From the NCBI GenBank assembly GCA_000004985.1, contig GG738899.1: a stretch of 64,000 nucleotides of DNA. One strand, written 5' to 3'. This stretch comes from Naegleria gruberi. Its lineage: Eukaryota. The notes beneath the pieces were generated by a model that made no database searches, was not told the DNA's origin, and worked only from the letters and a program-made list of their open reading frames with translations. How positions within the stretch are numbered: position 1 is the stretch's first letter; every line of letters starts with the position of its first letter. A program made the translations under genes and the position numbers. Shown one piece after another: positions 44,353 through 54,636 of this stretch.

Positions 44353-45804
44353 ATGAGTGAACAACAACAAGAAACTACCACCATTCCTACAACCACTAGT
44401 ACAACTGATGGTACTACTGTAGGATCTACAACAACTACCATTTCATCATCGGAGTTGGTAAATGAACAAAATGACAAGAAGAGAAAGAATAAATTTAATA
44501 ATAATAATAATAACAATAAGAAAAATAAGAAGCAAAATAACAAACAACAAAATAGTAACAAGGAAAGAGATGATGAAGATGCAGATTTTGATGTGAGTGG
44601 AGAAGATTTAATGATTGAAGATGAATCTACATTGGTTCATTCATCATTTCCATTTGTTATTTCCTTCTCTTATAATGGAATTCCTTTCAATGGATTACAA
44701 ATTCAAAATGGAGAAAATTTAGTTAAACATCCACATTTATTAACTATTGAAGCAGTTTTATTGGATATTCTTTATGGTTCTAATGGTGAATCAGATTTTG
44801 AACAAGATGAAACAATTATTAGATATACTAAATCTAAAAATTGTAAAGATATTAGATTACAAAGAGCTTGTAGAACTGATAGAGGAGTTTCTGCTGTTAG
44901 AAATGCATTTGCATGTGTAATGACATTACCAAATACTCAAAATCATAAGGATACATTTAAATTTAATAACGAAGAACTTTGTAAAACATTGAATGATAGA
45001 ATTAATAATCATGTTAGAATTAAGAATCTCAATTTGATGGATCAAATCAAAATTTTCAATATTCAAAGAGTTCCATCAAGATTTGTATTACACCATTGGT
45101 GTCAATTTAGAAGATATCTCTATGTTTTACCATTATCTGCTTTGGATTTATCATCAAGAAATATTATTACAAAATGTAACAATATTTTCAATTTAGAAAC
45201 AAATGAACAAAAATGTCAAAAATTGAATGAACTACTTGGACATTTTGAAGGAATTCACTTATTCCACAATTTTACAGTAGATGCTAAACCAGGTTCAGAC
45301 AGTTCTAGAAGACATGTTAAAACTTTGAAAATTATTGAACAAAACTTAGAAGGAGACTTGCCTCATGTTGTTATTGAAATTAGTGGAAGAAGTTTCATGT
45401 TACATCAAATTAGAATGATGATTGGTACTGTTATTGCTCTCATGCGTGGTATGGCACCAAATATGAATACTACAGTACAAGATAATACTATTGTCAATGA
45501 TTTTTTCGAAAATTTATTCAAAGCACAAACAGAAGTGTTATTACCAATGGCTCCAAGTGAAGGATTATTCTTGGACAATTTGGATTTCCCAAATTTCAAT
45601 GCCAATATTGTTAAACCACCTTTTGAACCAATTAAATGGACTGGAACAGCAGATGAACATGCAGAAATCTTTAAAAAGGATGTAATTTTACCAAACATTC
45701 TCAAAGTTTTGAAAGAAAAGAATGTTGTCAGTAATTGGCTCATTGATATTCATTGTAATAAGGCAAAATACTTTGCCAAGCTCGCTAATAAAAAGAAAAG
45801 GTAA
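44353..45804 (+). CDS. tRNA pseudouridine synthase, TruA/PUS1 family
   Basis: The catalytic-Asp block is LQRACRTDRGVSAVRNAF (PUS1 RTDKGVSA). The C-terminal block is HVVIEISGRSFMLHQIRMMIGTVIALMRG. A long Asn/Thr/Lys-rich N-terminus precedes the catalytic core. The true ATG is at 44353, because the upstream 'M' in the ORF track is a TTG. Confidence 0.75.
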   Translation: MSEQQQETTTIPTTTSTTDGTTVGSTTTTISSSELVNEQNDKKRKNKFNNNNNNNKKNKKQNNKQQNSNKERDDEDADFDVSGEDLMIEDESTLVHSSFPFVISFSYNGIPFNGLQIQNGENLVKHPHLLTIEAVLLDILYGSNGESDFEQDETIIRYTKSKNCKDIRLQRACRTDRGVSAVRNAFACVMTLPNTQNHKDTFKFNNEELCKTLNDRINNHVRIKNLNLMDQIKIFNIQRVPSRFVLHHWCQFRRYLYVLPLSALDLSSRNIITKCNNIFNLETNEQKCQKLNELLGHFEGIHLFHNFTVDAKPGSDSSRRHVKTLKIIEQNLEGDLPHVVIEISGRSFMLHQIRMMIGTVIALMRGMAPNMNTTVQDNTIVNDFFENLFKAQTEVLLPMAPSEGLFLDNLDFPNFNANIVKPPFEPIKWTGTADEHAEIFKKDVILPNILKVLKEKNVVSNWLIDIHCNKAKYFAKLANKKKR

Positions 45805-45908
45805 AACATTCAGTCAAAAAATTCCCGCCAATTTCGGATACAACAAACTACAACAACAAGAAAAAAATACCTCAACACACAGCCTGCAATCTATAGTATC
45901 ATCAAAAA

Positions 45909-47417
45909 ATGAGGAAAAAAACACAACAAAATCAATCATTTCAAGTAGTCTATGAAAATGTTACAGAATTTGAAAAAGCCTTACTCACAAATCAAAATAC
46001 ACCTAACCATGTACTAGTTCTTGATGTACACGCAACATGGTGCGGCAAGTGTAATTCAGTATTGTCTACCTTTGAAAAAATTAATATGGATTATGGAGAT
46101 GACCATCAAATCATTTTTGGTGTGTTGGACTCACAAAAATTGGTGACTGAGTTGAATGAAATTATGAAACCTGCTGTTCGTCTAGGAGTGACCATCATGA
46201 GTGCAAGAGGTTCATCTAAAAATCTATTAACGCTAGGAGAAGATGAAGTTCTCAATGATGAAGTTAAAGCAAAGAAATTGTATAAAGAGGATGTAAAAAG
46301 AAAAAATTATAAGGCTCTTTTGGAAACATTTGTAGGATTATCGGAACCACATTTCCTAATTTTTAAGGAAGGAGAATTAATAAGAAAAATTAGAGGTGTA
46401 AATACACCAATGATCCATAAACTGATCGTCCAATTGCTTACTAATGAACCAGCAGAACATCCTGAGGAACCAAAGGTTGACAAAAATGCTGAGGTACAAC
46501 TCGTAGTTGAACCAGAGAAGGAAGAAGTTAAACCAGTCGAGGAAGAAAAAAAGGAGGAAGTCATTGTAGAACAATCTGCAGAGGAACAAAAAACAGAAAC
46601 AATAGCAACTGAGGAGACAGTAGTCGAGGAAGAAAAGAAAGAGGAAACAGTTGAGGAACAAAAGGCTGAAAGCTCAGTTGAAACTAAAACTGAAACAACT
46701 GTAGATGCTACTACTGTAACTGAAACTAAATCTGAAACCACCACTGAGACAACAGAAACAGAAGAAAAAACAGAAGTTAAAGAAACGACAGAAATCCATG
46801 AAGAGGAAGCCAAGACTGCAACAGAATCTGTGTCTTTGGAAACTGTTGAACATTCAACTGATAATCATGAAATAACTACCGAGAAAACTTCTGAAGTGGA
46901 AGCACCTCCAAGACCAGTTGAGGATGTTGTTTTTGAGGAAAAACCTGTTGAAACAGTGGCTGTATCAGAAGAAGTGGAATCACATGGAGATATTTCTAAT
47001 GAAGAGCAAGTTGAAACAAAAACTGAAGTCAAAACTGAACAAGTCGAAACAAAAACTGAAACCAAGGTAGAAACTAAAACTGAAACAACTGTAGATACTA
47101 CCACAGCAACAAATACAGAAACCACTACCACCACTACAACTACAACTGAGGAAGTTAAACCTGAAGTGACTGGAAAGTACAAGGAAAAGTCTGGAAAGAT
47201 TTGGGCTGTCACAACCTCCACCGCTTCAACATTTGAGTTATTAAATGAACAGGATGGAAGAAAGGCCACTGGTAAATATACTAAGGATTCCTCAGGAAAT
47301 TATTCCATCACAATAACTTTCCATGATCCTAGTGGAGATGTTGATTTGAACTCTGTAACACCAAACCTTAACACTATTCCACTCAGTAATGAAGATGCCT
47401 TCACAAAGGTAGAATAA
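45909..47417 (+). CDS. Thioredoxin-fold protein with long acidic Thr/Glu/Lys-repeat tail
   Basis: The N-terminus is VYENVTEFEKALLTNQNTPNHVLVLDVHATWCGKCNSVLSTFEKI (a Trx-like W-C-G-K-C active-site motif). About 250 aa of E/T/K/V-rich low complexity follow, with internal repeats (VETKTETTVDATTVTETKSETTTETTE ... VETKTETKVETKTETTVDTTTATNTETTTTTTTTTEE). Confidence 0.6.
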   Translation: MRKKTQQNQSFQVVYENVTEFEKALLTNQNTPNHVLVLDVHATWCGKCNSVLSTFEKINMDYGDDHQIIFGVLDSQKLVTELNEIMKPAVRLGVTIMSARGSSKNLLTLGEDEVLNDEVKAKKLYKEDVKRKNYKALLETFVGLSEPHFLIFKEGELIRKIRGVNTPMIHKLIVQLLTNEPAEHPEEPKVDKNAEVQLVVEPEKEEVKPVEEEKKEEVIVEQSAEEQKTETIATEETVVEEEKKEETVEEQKAESSVETKTETTVDATTVTETKSETTTETTETEEKTEVKETTEIHEEEAKTATESVSLETVEHSTDNHEITTEKTSEVEAPPRPVEDVVFEEKPVETVAVSEEVESHGDISNEEQVETKTEVKTEQVETKTETKVETKTETTVDTTTATNTETTTTTTTTTEEVKPEVTGKYKEKSGKIWAVTTSTASTFELLNEQDGRKATGKYTKDSSGNYSITITFHDPSGDVDLNSVTPNLNTIPLSNEDAFTKVE

Positions 47418-47482
47418 AGAAATGACGCTACAGTGACAACTGACACTAAAACTACAGAAATTAAATAAATAATTGTAAATAT

Positions 47483-47933
47483 TTATCCAGATTTGAATAA
47501 TAAAATTGCTAATCCATTCAGTGTAAAATAAATAAAACATTTAGCTTCGTAAGTTACCTTTAATTTTTAAATGTCACAAATTCACTCCAACTCAACTTAC
47601 CATAGATCCGAAACTTTTTCCTACTATACAATGCCTTTTTCATATTTTAAATCCAAATGCTATTACTACTAATAAAACTTACCAGTATTTGCCTTTAAAT
47701 AATTTTAATAACTTTCATGTATGAACAACACATTAAAACCTACCATAAACTTCATCAAATTGTTTTTTAATAAATGTAGCAATATCCCTTTCCACAGAAT
47801 ATTTATCCATAGCTTGTTTGGTTACCGTTATTACTAGATCCTTCATTTCATCAGTCATATCTATATTCTTTATATTCAGATTATCATCGGAAGTTGATTT
47901 GACAGCACCACTGCTACTAGCAATCGAAGACAT
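47483..47933 (-). CDS. Dynein light chain LC8-type (DYNLL), 4 exons including a 10-nt micro-exon
   Basis: Exons in + coordinates are 47744-47933, 47683-47692 (10 nt), 47601-47634 and 47483-47557, with introns of 51, 48 and 43 nt (GT..AG). The spliced product is [102 protein letters not shown]. Metazoan LC8 reads ...IKNADMSEEMQQD...[55 protein letters not shown]. Confidence 0.8.
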
Positions 47934-47961
47934 TTTTTTCACAATAATTGAAAGTTTATTA

Positions 47962-50643
47962 TTATTGGTCTGACGAGGAAGCAACATTTGAAGAAACAAA
48001 AATAATCTTTTCGATTGTGGTAAAGAGTTCAACCAATTCTTTTTCTTTGGAGAGTGACATTCCACTTTCTTCATCATTCTTCTTCTTTTTAGCAACTAAA
48101 CATTCAACAACTAATTGTTGACATTTTGTTAAAGTTGGAATAATCAAATCTTGATAAGCTGATCCTAATTGACCTTTCGAATATTCTTCCATAATAGAAG
48201 GTTCTTCAAGATAGGATAAAACAGGTGAAACTAACTTTCCAGGAATGAATAAAAGAATTGGCTTATCTCCCATCATTAATAAATATTGACAAATTGAAAT
48301 CAATCTTGTACCATAAATAATAGCTCCAGAAGATAAACTATCATCACTCAATTTAGCCAAATGTTCAACATGATTAATCTTCAATTCTTGTTTTCTTTCT
48401 TTCAAATAAGTTTTTTCTCTCTTTTTATCTAAAATCTTAATAAAAACGCTAAATTGTTTTGCAGTAAATTCAAATTGACTAATAAATGATTGCAATGTAG
48501 TATTATTAGCATTCAAACTTTCAACAAGAGTATTTAATTCCTTAACTTCCTCCTCTCTTGTCTTATCAAGTTCAACCTTCTGATTAAGTTGTTTCATTAA
48601 TAATTTAATTTCTCTATTTAATTCAACAAATTGAGTTTGTTGTTCTTCACTTGCCATTGATAATAAAGTATTATATTCTCTAATGAAATGTAAATTCTTT
48701 TCATTAATGTTAATACTTGTAGTATCAACAGGTTTCTTACTACTTGATTGTTTACCAGATTGTTGTGTTGGAGTTGATCTTAATAAATTTTTACAAGTAT
48801 CATAAACCATTAAATAAACAATCATTGTACATTTAGTTTTGATAATATGTTTTTCAACTGGAACAATAAATTCCTTTTCAATACTTTCTTTACGTTGTCT
48901 ATGTAAAATTTCAATAGATTTGTTATGTATAACAATTTGTGTATATAATTCATTGAGTTTTTCTTCAACATTAAGTTCACTGCTCAATTTTTGTTCCAAT
49001 TTCATAGTTTGTTGATTAACTATTTGTTCCTTGGTTTCTAAATATAATTTTTCAAGTTTAGGAATGAAATAATTTACAATAGATTCAATAATAGAATCAT
49101 CTGATCCACCAAACTTGTTAATCATATTTTCATTTTCTTTATCATTATCTAAATATACAAGTAATTGTTTTTCAATGTGTGAATAAATATCATCCTTCTT
49201 TGGTAGTAATTTCTTAATTTGATCATTTTCATTAGAAACTGGTGTTGATGATTTGGTTGATTTACTCTTTTGCTTCTTATTCTTATCATTTGAAGGTTGG
49301 GAAGGAGGAGGTGTACTAGTTGTTGATGGATTACTCTTTAAATAAATTTCAATAGCTTGAATAGCAATAGATTTGAATTGATCATTTAAGATTTGATCAA
49401 TCATTTCAACAGTCATAATATATCTATTATCAAAAACAATAATATCCTTGATATTCTTACTAAGAGTAATATACTTATCAACTAATTGTTTCATTTCACA
49501 TGAAGTATCAATAAGAACACAATGATCACCACCATTATTTTCAATATGTAATGGAATTGATTTGTGTTTATCATTATTACCATTAATAGTAGTATCGAAT
49601 ATATTTTTAAAAGATTCAATCATTTTCATGTGAATAATAATTTCATCTTCAATATTAATAAGATCATGTTCTTTCATTTCTCCATAACCTGTTAAATAGT
49701 TAATAATTTGTTGTGTATTTTTAAATGCTTTATATCCTAACATTGATTCAACTCTTTCAACAGAAACATAACCATTACTATGAATAAATTTACAAACTTG
49801 ATCAGTTGCCATCTTTTCATAAATATTTGGAACATATAAAGTACTATTAACTTGTAAAGTACCATTAATTTGTTTGTTCTTTATCAAATCTTTAACAATA
49901 TTTTGATAAAGTTCTAATTCAATTTCAATATCATCAGCATATTCATTACCATTACTTTCATTCATTAAATAAAACTTTTTAGTTACTTTTAATAAATCAT
50001 TACATTCCATAGATCTACTAGTAATACTATTACAAATACCAATTGTAATAGATTTTAAATTATTAATATATTTCTCTGTATATAAAGAGTTATTACTAAA
50101 TATTGTTCCATTTAATAATAAGTGCATATATTTTGTAATGATATGTTCTTTAATAAAATCAGAAGGTAAAAACAATTGTTTTGTTAATGTTCCGATATAA
50201 ATATAACCTGATAATTTGAGTAATTCATTAATTTCCATAACAACTGATTCAAGATAGGAAGGTGTCAAAATTTCGCATCCATTAATCAAGTCAGGAAGAA
50301 CAATTTGTTTTTGTATTAAATTATGAATAGGTTGTTCTAAATAGGTAAAATCGACTCGTAATAATTTTGGTAATTCATTCTTATTAATTCTTCCTCCATA
50401 TTTTTCTAATAGAATTTGTAATTCATATTCAATTTGATCTCTAGTAATATATTCTTTACCATCAGATGTAAAACATAATTGTTCAGCAAAATTAGGATCT
50501 TGCTTTTTAATATATTGGATCAATTCAATAATGTTATGTTCATTCAATTTGTAAGATCCACCCGAAAGTGATTCTTGTTGTACTTGTTCAAATTGCTGTT
50601 GCAATTGTTCAATAGATAATTCCATTAAATCTATATCAGCCAT
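47962..50643 (-). CDS. E3 UFM1-protein ligase 1 (UFL1) homologue
   Basis: The N-terminus reads MADIDLMELSIEQLQQQFEQVQ...LCFTSDGKEYITRDQIEYEL...YGGRINKNELPKLLRVDFTYLEQPIHNLI. This aligns to UFL1 MADAWEEIRRLAADFQRAQ...TLDGKEYITPAQISKEM...[29 protein letters not shown]. The ORF is 893 aa and uninterrupted. Confidence 0.8.
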   Translation of the reverse strand: MADIDLMELSIEQLQQQFEQVQQESLSGGSYKLNEHNIIELIQYIKKQDPNFAEQLCFTSDGKEYITRDQIEYELQILLEKYGGRINKNELPKLLRVDFTYLEQPIHNLIQKQIVLPDLINGCEILTPSYLESVVMEINELLKLSGYIYIGTLTKQLFLPSDFIKEHIITKYMHLLLNGTIFSNNSLYTEKYINNLKSITIGICNSITSRSMECNDLLKVTKKFYLMNESNGNEYADDIEIELELYQNIVKDLIKNKQINGTLQVNSTLYVPNIYEKMATDQVCKFIHSNGYVSVERVESMLGYKAFKNTQQIINYLTGYGEMKEHDLINIEDEIIIHMKMIESFKNIFDTTINGNNDKHKSIPLHIENNGGDHCVLIDTSCEMKQLVDKYITLSKNIKDIIVFDNRYIMTVEMIDQILNDQFKSIAIQAIEIYLKSNPSTTSTPPPSQPSNDKNKKQKSKSTKSSTPVSNENDQIKKLLPKKDDIYSHIEKQLLVYLDNDKENENMINKFGGSDDSIIESIVNYFIPKLEKLYLETKEQIVNQQTMKLEQKLSSELNVEEKLNELYTQIVIHNKSIEILHRQRKESIEKEFIVPVEKHIIKTKCTMIVYLMVYDTCKNLLRSTPTQQSGKQSSSKKPVDTTSININEKNLHFIREYNTLLSMASEEQQTQFVELNREIKLLMKQLNQKVELDKTREEEVKELNTLVESLNANNTTLQSFISQFEFTAKQFSVFIKILDKKREKTYLKERKQELKINHVEHLAKLSDDSLSSGAIIYGTRLISICQYLLMMGDKPILLFIPGKLVSPVLSYLEEPSIMEEYSKGQLGSAYQDLIIPTLTKCQQLVVECLVAKKKKNDEESGMSLSKEKELVELFTTIEKIIFVSSNVASSSDQ

Positions 50644-50762
50644 TTTGTCTATCTATTATATTGTTCGATGAAGATGAAGAGAATTGATGATGATGCAGAA
50701 CACTCAAGGCTTGTTCTTTGATCCTTAAGACAACAATTTGATTTTTTTAAAATGAATAAAAA

Positions 50763-51875
50763 ATGAATTTTTCATTGTCCAACAAGCCTAAAATTTCCAT
50801 GTCGATTGGTGTCAACAAGGCTTCCAACAACACCTCATCAACAACTGCTACATCATCATCAACAATAGGTAAATCTGGGAATGCCATCAAACAGCAGGGT
50901 TCCACAAATACATCATCCACAGTGAGTACTAAATCAACAACTTCCAAATCATCATTGTTTGAAGAGGATGAGGAACAAATTGTCGATACCAAATCTAACA
51001 ACAATAATCAAAAGAAAGGACAACAACACTCTTCTCATGCCCACTTTTATGCTAAACTTCAACAGGAAAAGAATAATGATAAGAAGCCATCCATGAATAT
51101 AGATGTGTCAAGTTGGGGAAGGGATGAGGAAGATGAATCGGAACAAACAAACATGATTGAAAGTGGTTTCTCCAACATTAGAAATGTTGTTTCATCACAA
51201 TCTAATAATTATCCTCTCAACAAGTCAACATCAAATCAGAATGAAGTAACAGTAGAAGGAGAATCTAAAAAACCAGAAGGCTCCAAATATATTGCTCATT
51301 TAGTTAAAGTGGCTGAGGATAGAAAGAAGGAAAAGGAATTAGCACAAATGAGAAGAGTACAAAAACAAGCAGAGGCTAACAGTGCCACTACTTCCGAAAC
51401 TCAAGTATTTGTTACAGAAGAATATAAACAATATTTAAAGGAACAAGAAAGATGGACCGAACAAAAGGAAAAACAATTACAAGATGAAATTAACAATGAT
51501 GTAACAAAGAAGGGAATGGGAAACTTTTATAAGAATTTATTATCAACACCCAATTCTTCTAATGCAAGTATTAACATGACTCCTGATAGTAATAATCAAC
51601 AACAACAACAATCAAATGTTATTAATAAGCCTTATGTTTCAAAGGTTGATGAAAAGAAAGCCTTGGAGGAAACAATTAATAGAAATGATGAACAAGAATT
51701 ATCATCAGAAAAGAAGAGAAAGAGACAAGATGAGGATATTTCAACAACAGCAACAAATAAGGAAGATTTGATCATTGCACCAATTTCAACCAATATCAAT
51801 AAGGATGAGGCTAAATTGAGTGCTAGAGAAAGATATCTCAGAAGAAAGGCAGAAAAAGAGAAATCAATTGAATAA
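50763..51875 (+). CDS. NSRP1/CCDC55-like (DUF2040) nuclear speckle splicing regulatory protein homologue
   Basis: The core is KPEGSKYIAHLVKVAEDRKKEKELAQMRRVQKQAE...TQVFVTEEYKQYLKEQER (NSRP1 KPKYIHNLLKAVEIRKKEQEKRMEKKIQREREME...KEAFVTSAYKKKLQER). The C-terminus ARERYLRRKAEKEKSIE* matches NSRP1 ARDRYLARQMARVNAKTYIEKEDD. Confidence 0.7.
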   Translation: MNFSLSNKPKISMSIGVNKASNNTSSTTATSSSTIGKSGNAIKQQGSTNTSSTVSTKSTTSKSSLFEEDEEQIVDTKSNNNNQKKGQQHSSHAHFYAKLQQEKNNDKKPSMNIDVSSWGRDEEDESEQTNMIESGFSNIRNVVSSQSNNYPLNKSTSNQNEVTVEGESKKPEGSKYIAHLVKVAEDRKKEKELAQMRRVQKQAEANSATTSETQVFVTEEYKQYLKEQERWTEQKEKQLQDEINNDVTKKGMGNFYKNLLSTPNSSNASINMTPDSNNQQQQQSNVINKPYVSKVDEKKALEETINRNDEQELSSEKKRKRQDEDISTTATNKEDLIIAPISTNINKDEAKLSARERYLRRKAEKEKSIE

Positions 51876-52163
51876 CAAATATTGGAATCCTTGTAAAGAT
51901 AGAAGATACGTTTCGAATGAAATTTCCTTAATTCAAAGATCAGATTAAGCAACCTTTTTGGTACTATAGCTGTAGGAGGTGTGGATTTACGGATTCCAAT
52001 GTGAGGTTGGAGAAAATGGTCAAAATATTGGAATTTCCAGGTTCATATTCGAATATGAACGCAATGCAACTTCAAATTGGCATATGAAGCCAATATAAAC
52101 TCATTCAATTTGAAGTGCAACTCTCAATTTGAAACTATTCATCCCACCCATTGAAACGAAAGA

Positions 52164-53693
52164 GTGCGCACCAATTCAAACAAAAAAATGTTACCACAAC
52201 AAGAAAGCCTTCATGAACAAGAAGAGGTTAATTCAAATAGTATTATGGAAGATGCTATTGTTGAAGCCTTTGAGAATGATGATGATTATATAACTGATCC
52301 AACAGTTAATATTGATAATTTTGATACATTATCTTTATCATCACTTTCATCATTGGTGATCGGAAGTAATAAATCACATCATGATTCAATGACAGGATCT
52401 TCATCTCTATTAGAAGAACATCACGAATTATTACTCAATTCATCTCGTAATATTATTGCTAATTCATTCAATGAACTTCCGAATGAAATACTTGTACACA
52501 TCTTAATTTACTTGAATGGTGCTCAAATTATTAAATTAGAATGTTTATCAAAGAGATTTTATCAATTAATTCATCATGAAGATGAATCAGAACGTAATTA
52601 TAATAAAAAGATTAGAAGAGGAAGAATACCTTCAAAGGAAAAGAGAAAACATCAAAGAAGATTGTCAATTAATTTGGCAAATATGATTGCAAGCTCTGGT
52701 TTAGATTTGAATTCAATCACTTCTGGTTATGAATTTTGGATGTTTTTAAATGAAGTACACTTTAGAGTATGTATTTACAATATTTCACATTTACAAATAC
52801 TTTTATACAACTATAATATATTATTCAATATCTTTTACAAATAATACTAATACAAATAATAATATAAATAGGATGAAACTCAAAAACGTAGAAGAGATTA
52901 TTCTTCAGCAATTCAACCTAGAATTTTCTACATGTATCAATTAAGAGTTCAATGGTTAAATGAAAAGTATAATTTAGAAAAAGCCATCAGATCACTTGAA
53001 GATGAAATTACATCTCATTCCTATTTTAATGAGGTTTGCATATTTTCACCACATTTACTCTATCTTCAATATTTATTATTTTTATTAGATAGAGATTATG
53101 CTGCTATGGATTTGAGATTTCATGCATTCAATGAATTGAATTTAAATATTGATACTCATGTTAAACCACTTATTAATCATATTTTACATTCAATTTATGA
53201 TAATAGTGATTCCAAATTATCAATGGTTGCTATTGTCAATTTGGCATCACCTGATATTATTAAGAGACCAATTACTAGCAGTTCAGTACATGGAATTACA
53301 CAAGAATCTCAAGCTCAACAATTACTTGAAGAAGCTTATGCTCATGATTTTAAAGATAGACAAGATGTTGGTATGATTAAATTCATTCATGAAATGCATT
53401 TCAATAATCCAATTACAACCTCAACTTCAATGAGTAATAGAACATTGAGTAAGGTTGATAATGAAAAAGTTCAATCATCACTCAATACAATCTATGCTAA
53501 ATGGTTTAAGAAATGGGGTGAAATTATCAAAACAAAACCTGAATATTCCTCACTCAATTATTACAATACTAGACAAATTGAAACCATTCAAATCAAGTCA
53601 GGATTTACCTATGATAATTTATTGAGATGTGCAAATGGTTGGTTAAAGAGAGAATATGTTTATGCAAGACTTTTAAAGAAGGAATTACAATAA
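52164..53693 (+). CDS. F-box protein, 2 exons
   Basis: Exon 1 is 52164-52766 and contains the F-box LPNEILVHILIYLNGAQIIKLECLSKRFYQLI. A 105-nt intron (gtatgt...aaatag) follows. Exon 2 is 52872-53693 in phase 0 and continues DETQKRRRDYSSAIQPRIFYMYQLRVQWLNEK. The C-terminal part has no recognised domain. Confidence 0.65.
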
Positions 53694-53781
53694 TCTTTTT
53701 TATATATAAATTTAAATATTATCATATTATATCACATACTATATTTTGTAAATAGATCTTTACTCAGCATCCGGATCAAAA

Positions 53782-54003
53782 TTATTTAACTTTTCTATAC
53801 TTGTATTCCAATTCCTTATATATTTCCATATATTTATCATCCTTAATATATGTATCCATAAAATCTCTATACATTCTCTTCACATCATAATGAGCAGAAA
53901 GATAAAATCCAGAAACGACACCTATCACAAAGTACATGTTTTTTTTAATTTGAGTTTTCCTTACAAGACTGCCAGGAGAATTGTTTTCCTTCACGATGTT
54001 CAT
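53782..54003 (-). CDS. Small single-TM protein, hypothetical
   Basis: 73-aa ORF with one hydrophobic helix (MYFVIGVVSGFYLSAHY) and a charged, Tyr/Lys-rich C-terminus. It starts 36 nt downstream of the SPCS1 stop on the same strand. Confidence 0.3.
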   Translation of the reverse strand: MNIVKENNSPGSLVRKTQIKKNMYFVIGVVSGFYLSAHYDVKRMYRDFMDTYIKDDKYMEIYKELEYKYRKVK

Positions 54004-54039
54004 TAAAGGAACTTTTGATTACATTGGATATATTGGTCT

Positions 54040-54440
54040 TTATTTTGATTTCTTATCATTATTATTAGTATCTAATTCATCACTAATTGGAATATCACTT
54101 CTCCATTTAACAGCAGCTCTTTTATAGAATGGCCAAGGTGGAACAACAAATATCAAGGCTAAAACTATTCCTAACAGGAAAATTCCTAATGTAAATGAAA
54201 ACCTTTCAAAATAAAATCCAACAATAAATCCTATTATCTATTTAAACGTAATTATTAATATTATTCAATTATTCGTGATGATCAATTTTGGTTCCGATGA
54301 TGAATAAAATAATGATGATTTATAAATTGATTAATACATCTATAATAATATATATATTGAAACATTACTGATGATGAAATTAATAAATATCTGTACACTG
54401 ATTCGGCAAGACTTTGTCCTCTAAAATCGATTGAAGTCAT
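54040..54440 (-). CDS. Signal peptidase complex subunit 1 (SPCS1/SPC12), 2 exons
   Basis: Exon 1 is 54369-54440 (MTSIDFRGQSLAESVYRYLLISSS). A 131-nt intron (gtaatg...aaatag) follows. Exon 2 is 54040-54237 (IIGFIVGFYFERFSFTLGIFLLGIVLALIFVVPPWPFYKRAAVKWRSD...*). Human SPCS1 reads DYKGQKLAEQ...[46 protein letters not shown]. Confidence 0.75.
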
Positions 54441-54636
54441 TTTTTATTATTTGAATTTTATTATTACTACTTGGTTGACGACGTATTTTGTTTATCATCA
54501 TACACGTGTTTTTATTTCGAAAATAATGACAATAGGTTTTATTACACTCTTACAACATTGATGATTTATTAGAAAAGCCTAATTGNNNNNNNNNNNNNNN
54601 NNNNNNNNNNNNNNNNNNNNNNNNNNNNNNNNNNNN

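Noticed and set aside
47733-48095. Long N-terminal extension (MLKRRRMMKKVECHSPKKK...) on the LC8 ORF
   Set aside because: The extension overlaps the UFL1 coding region in another frame and has no similarity to LC8. The conserved LC8 sequence starts at the ATG at 47933.
1-54585. Prokaryote-style features (operons, CRISPR arrays, RBS, rho-independent terminators)
   Set aside because: The sequence is clearly eukaryotic (spliceosomal introns, tRNA genes with Pol III oligo-T terminators, eukaryote-specific genes). No CRISPR-like direct-repeat/spacer arrays exist. The only long repeats are the coding tandem repeats of the adhesin and the duplicated segments listed above.
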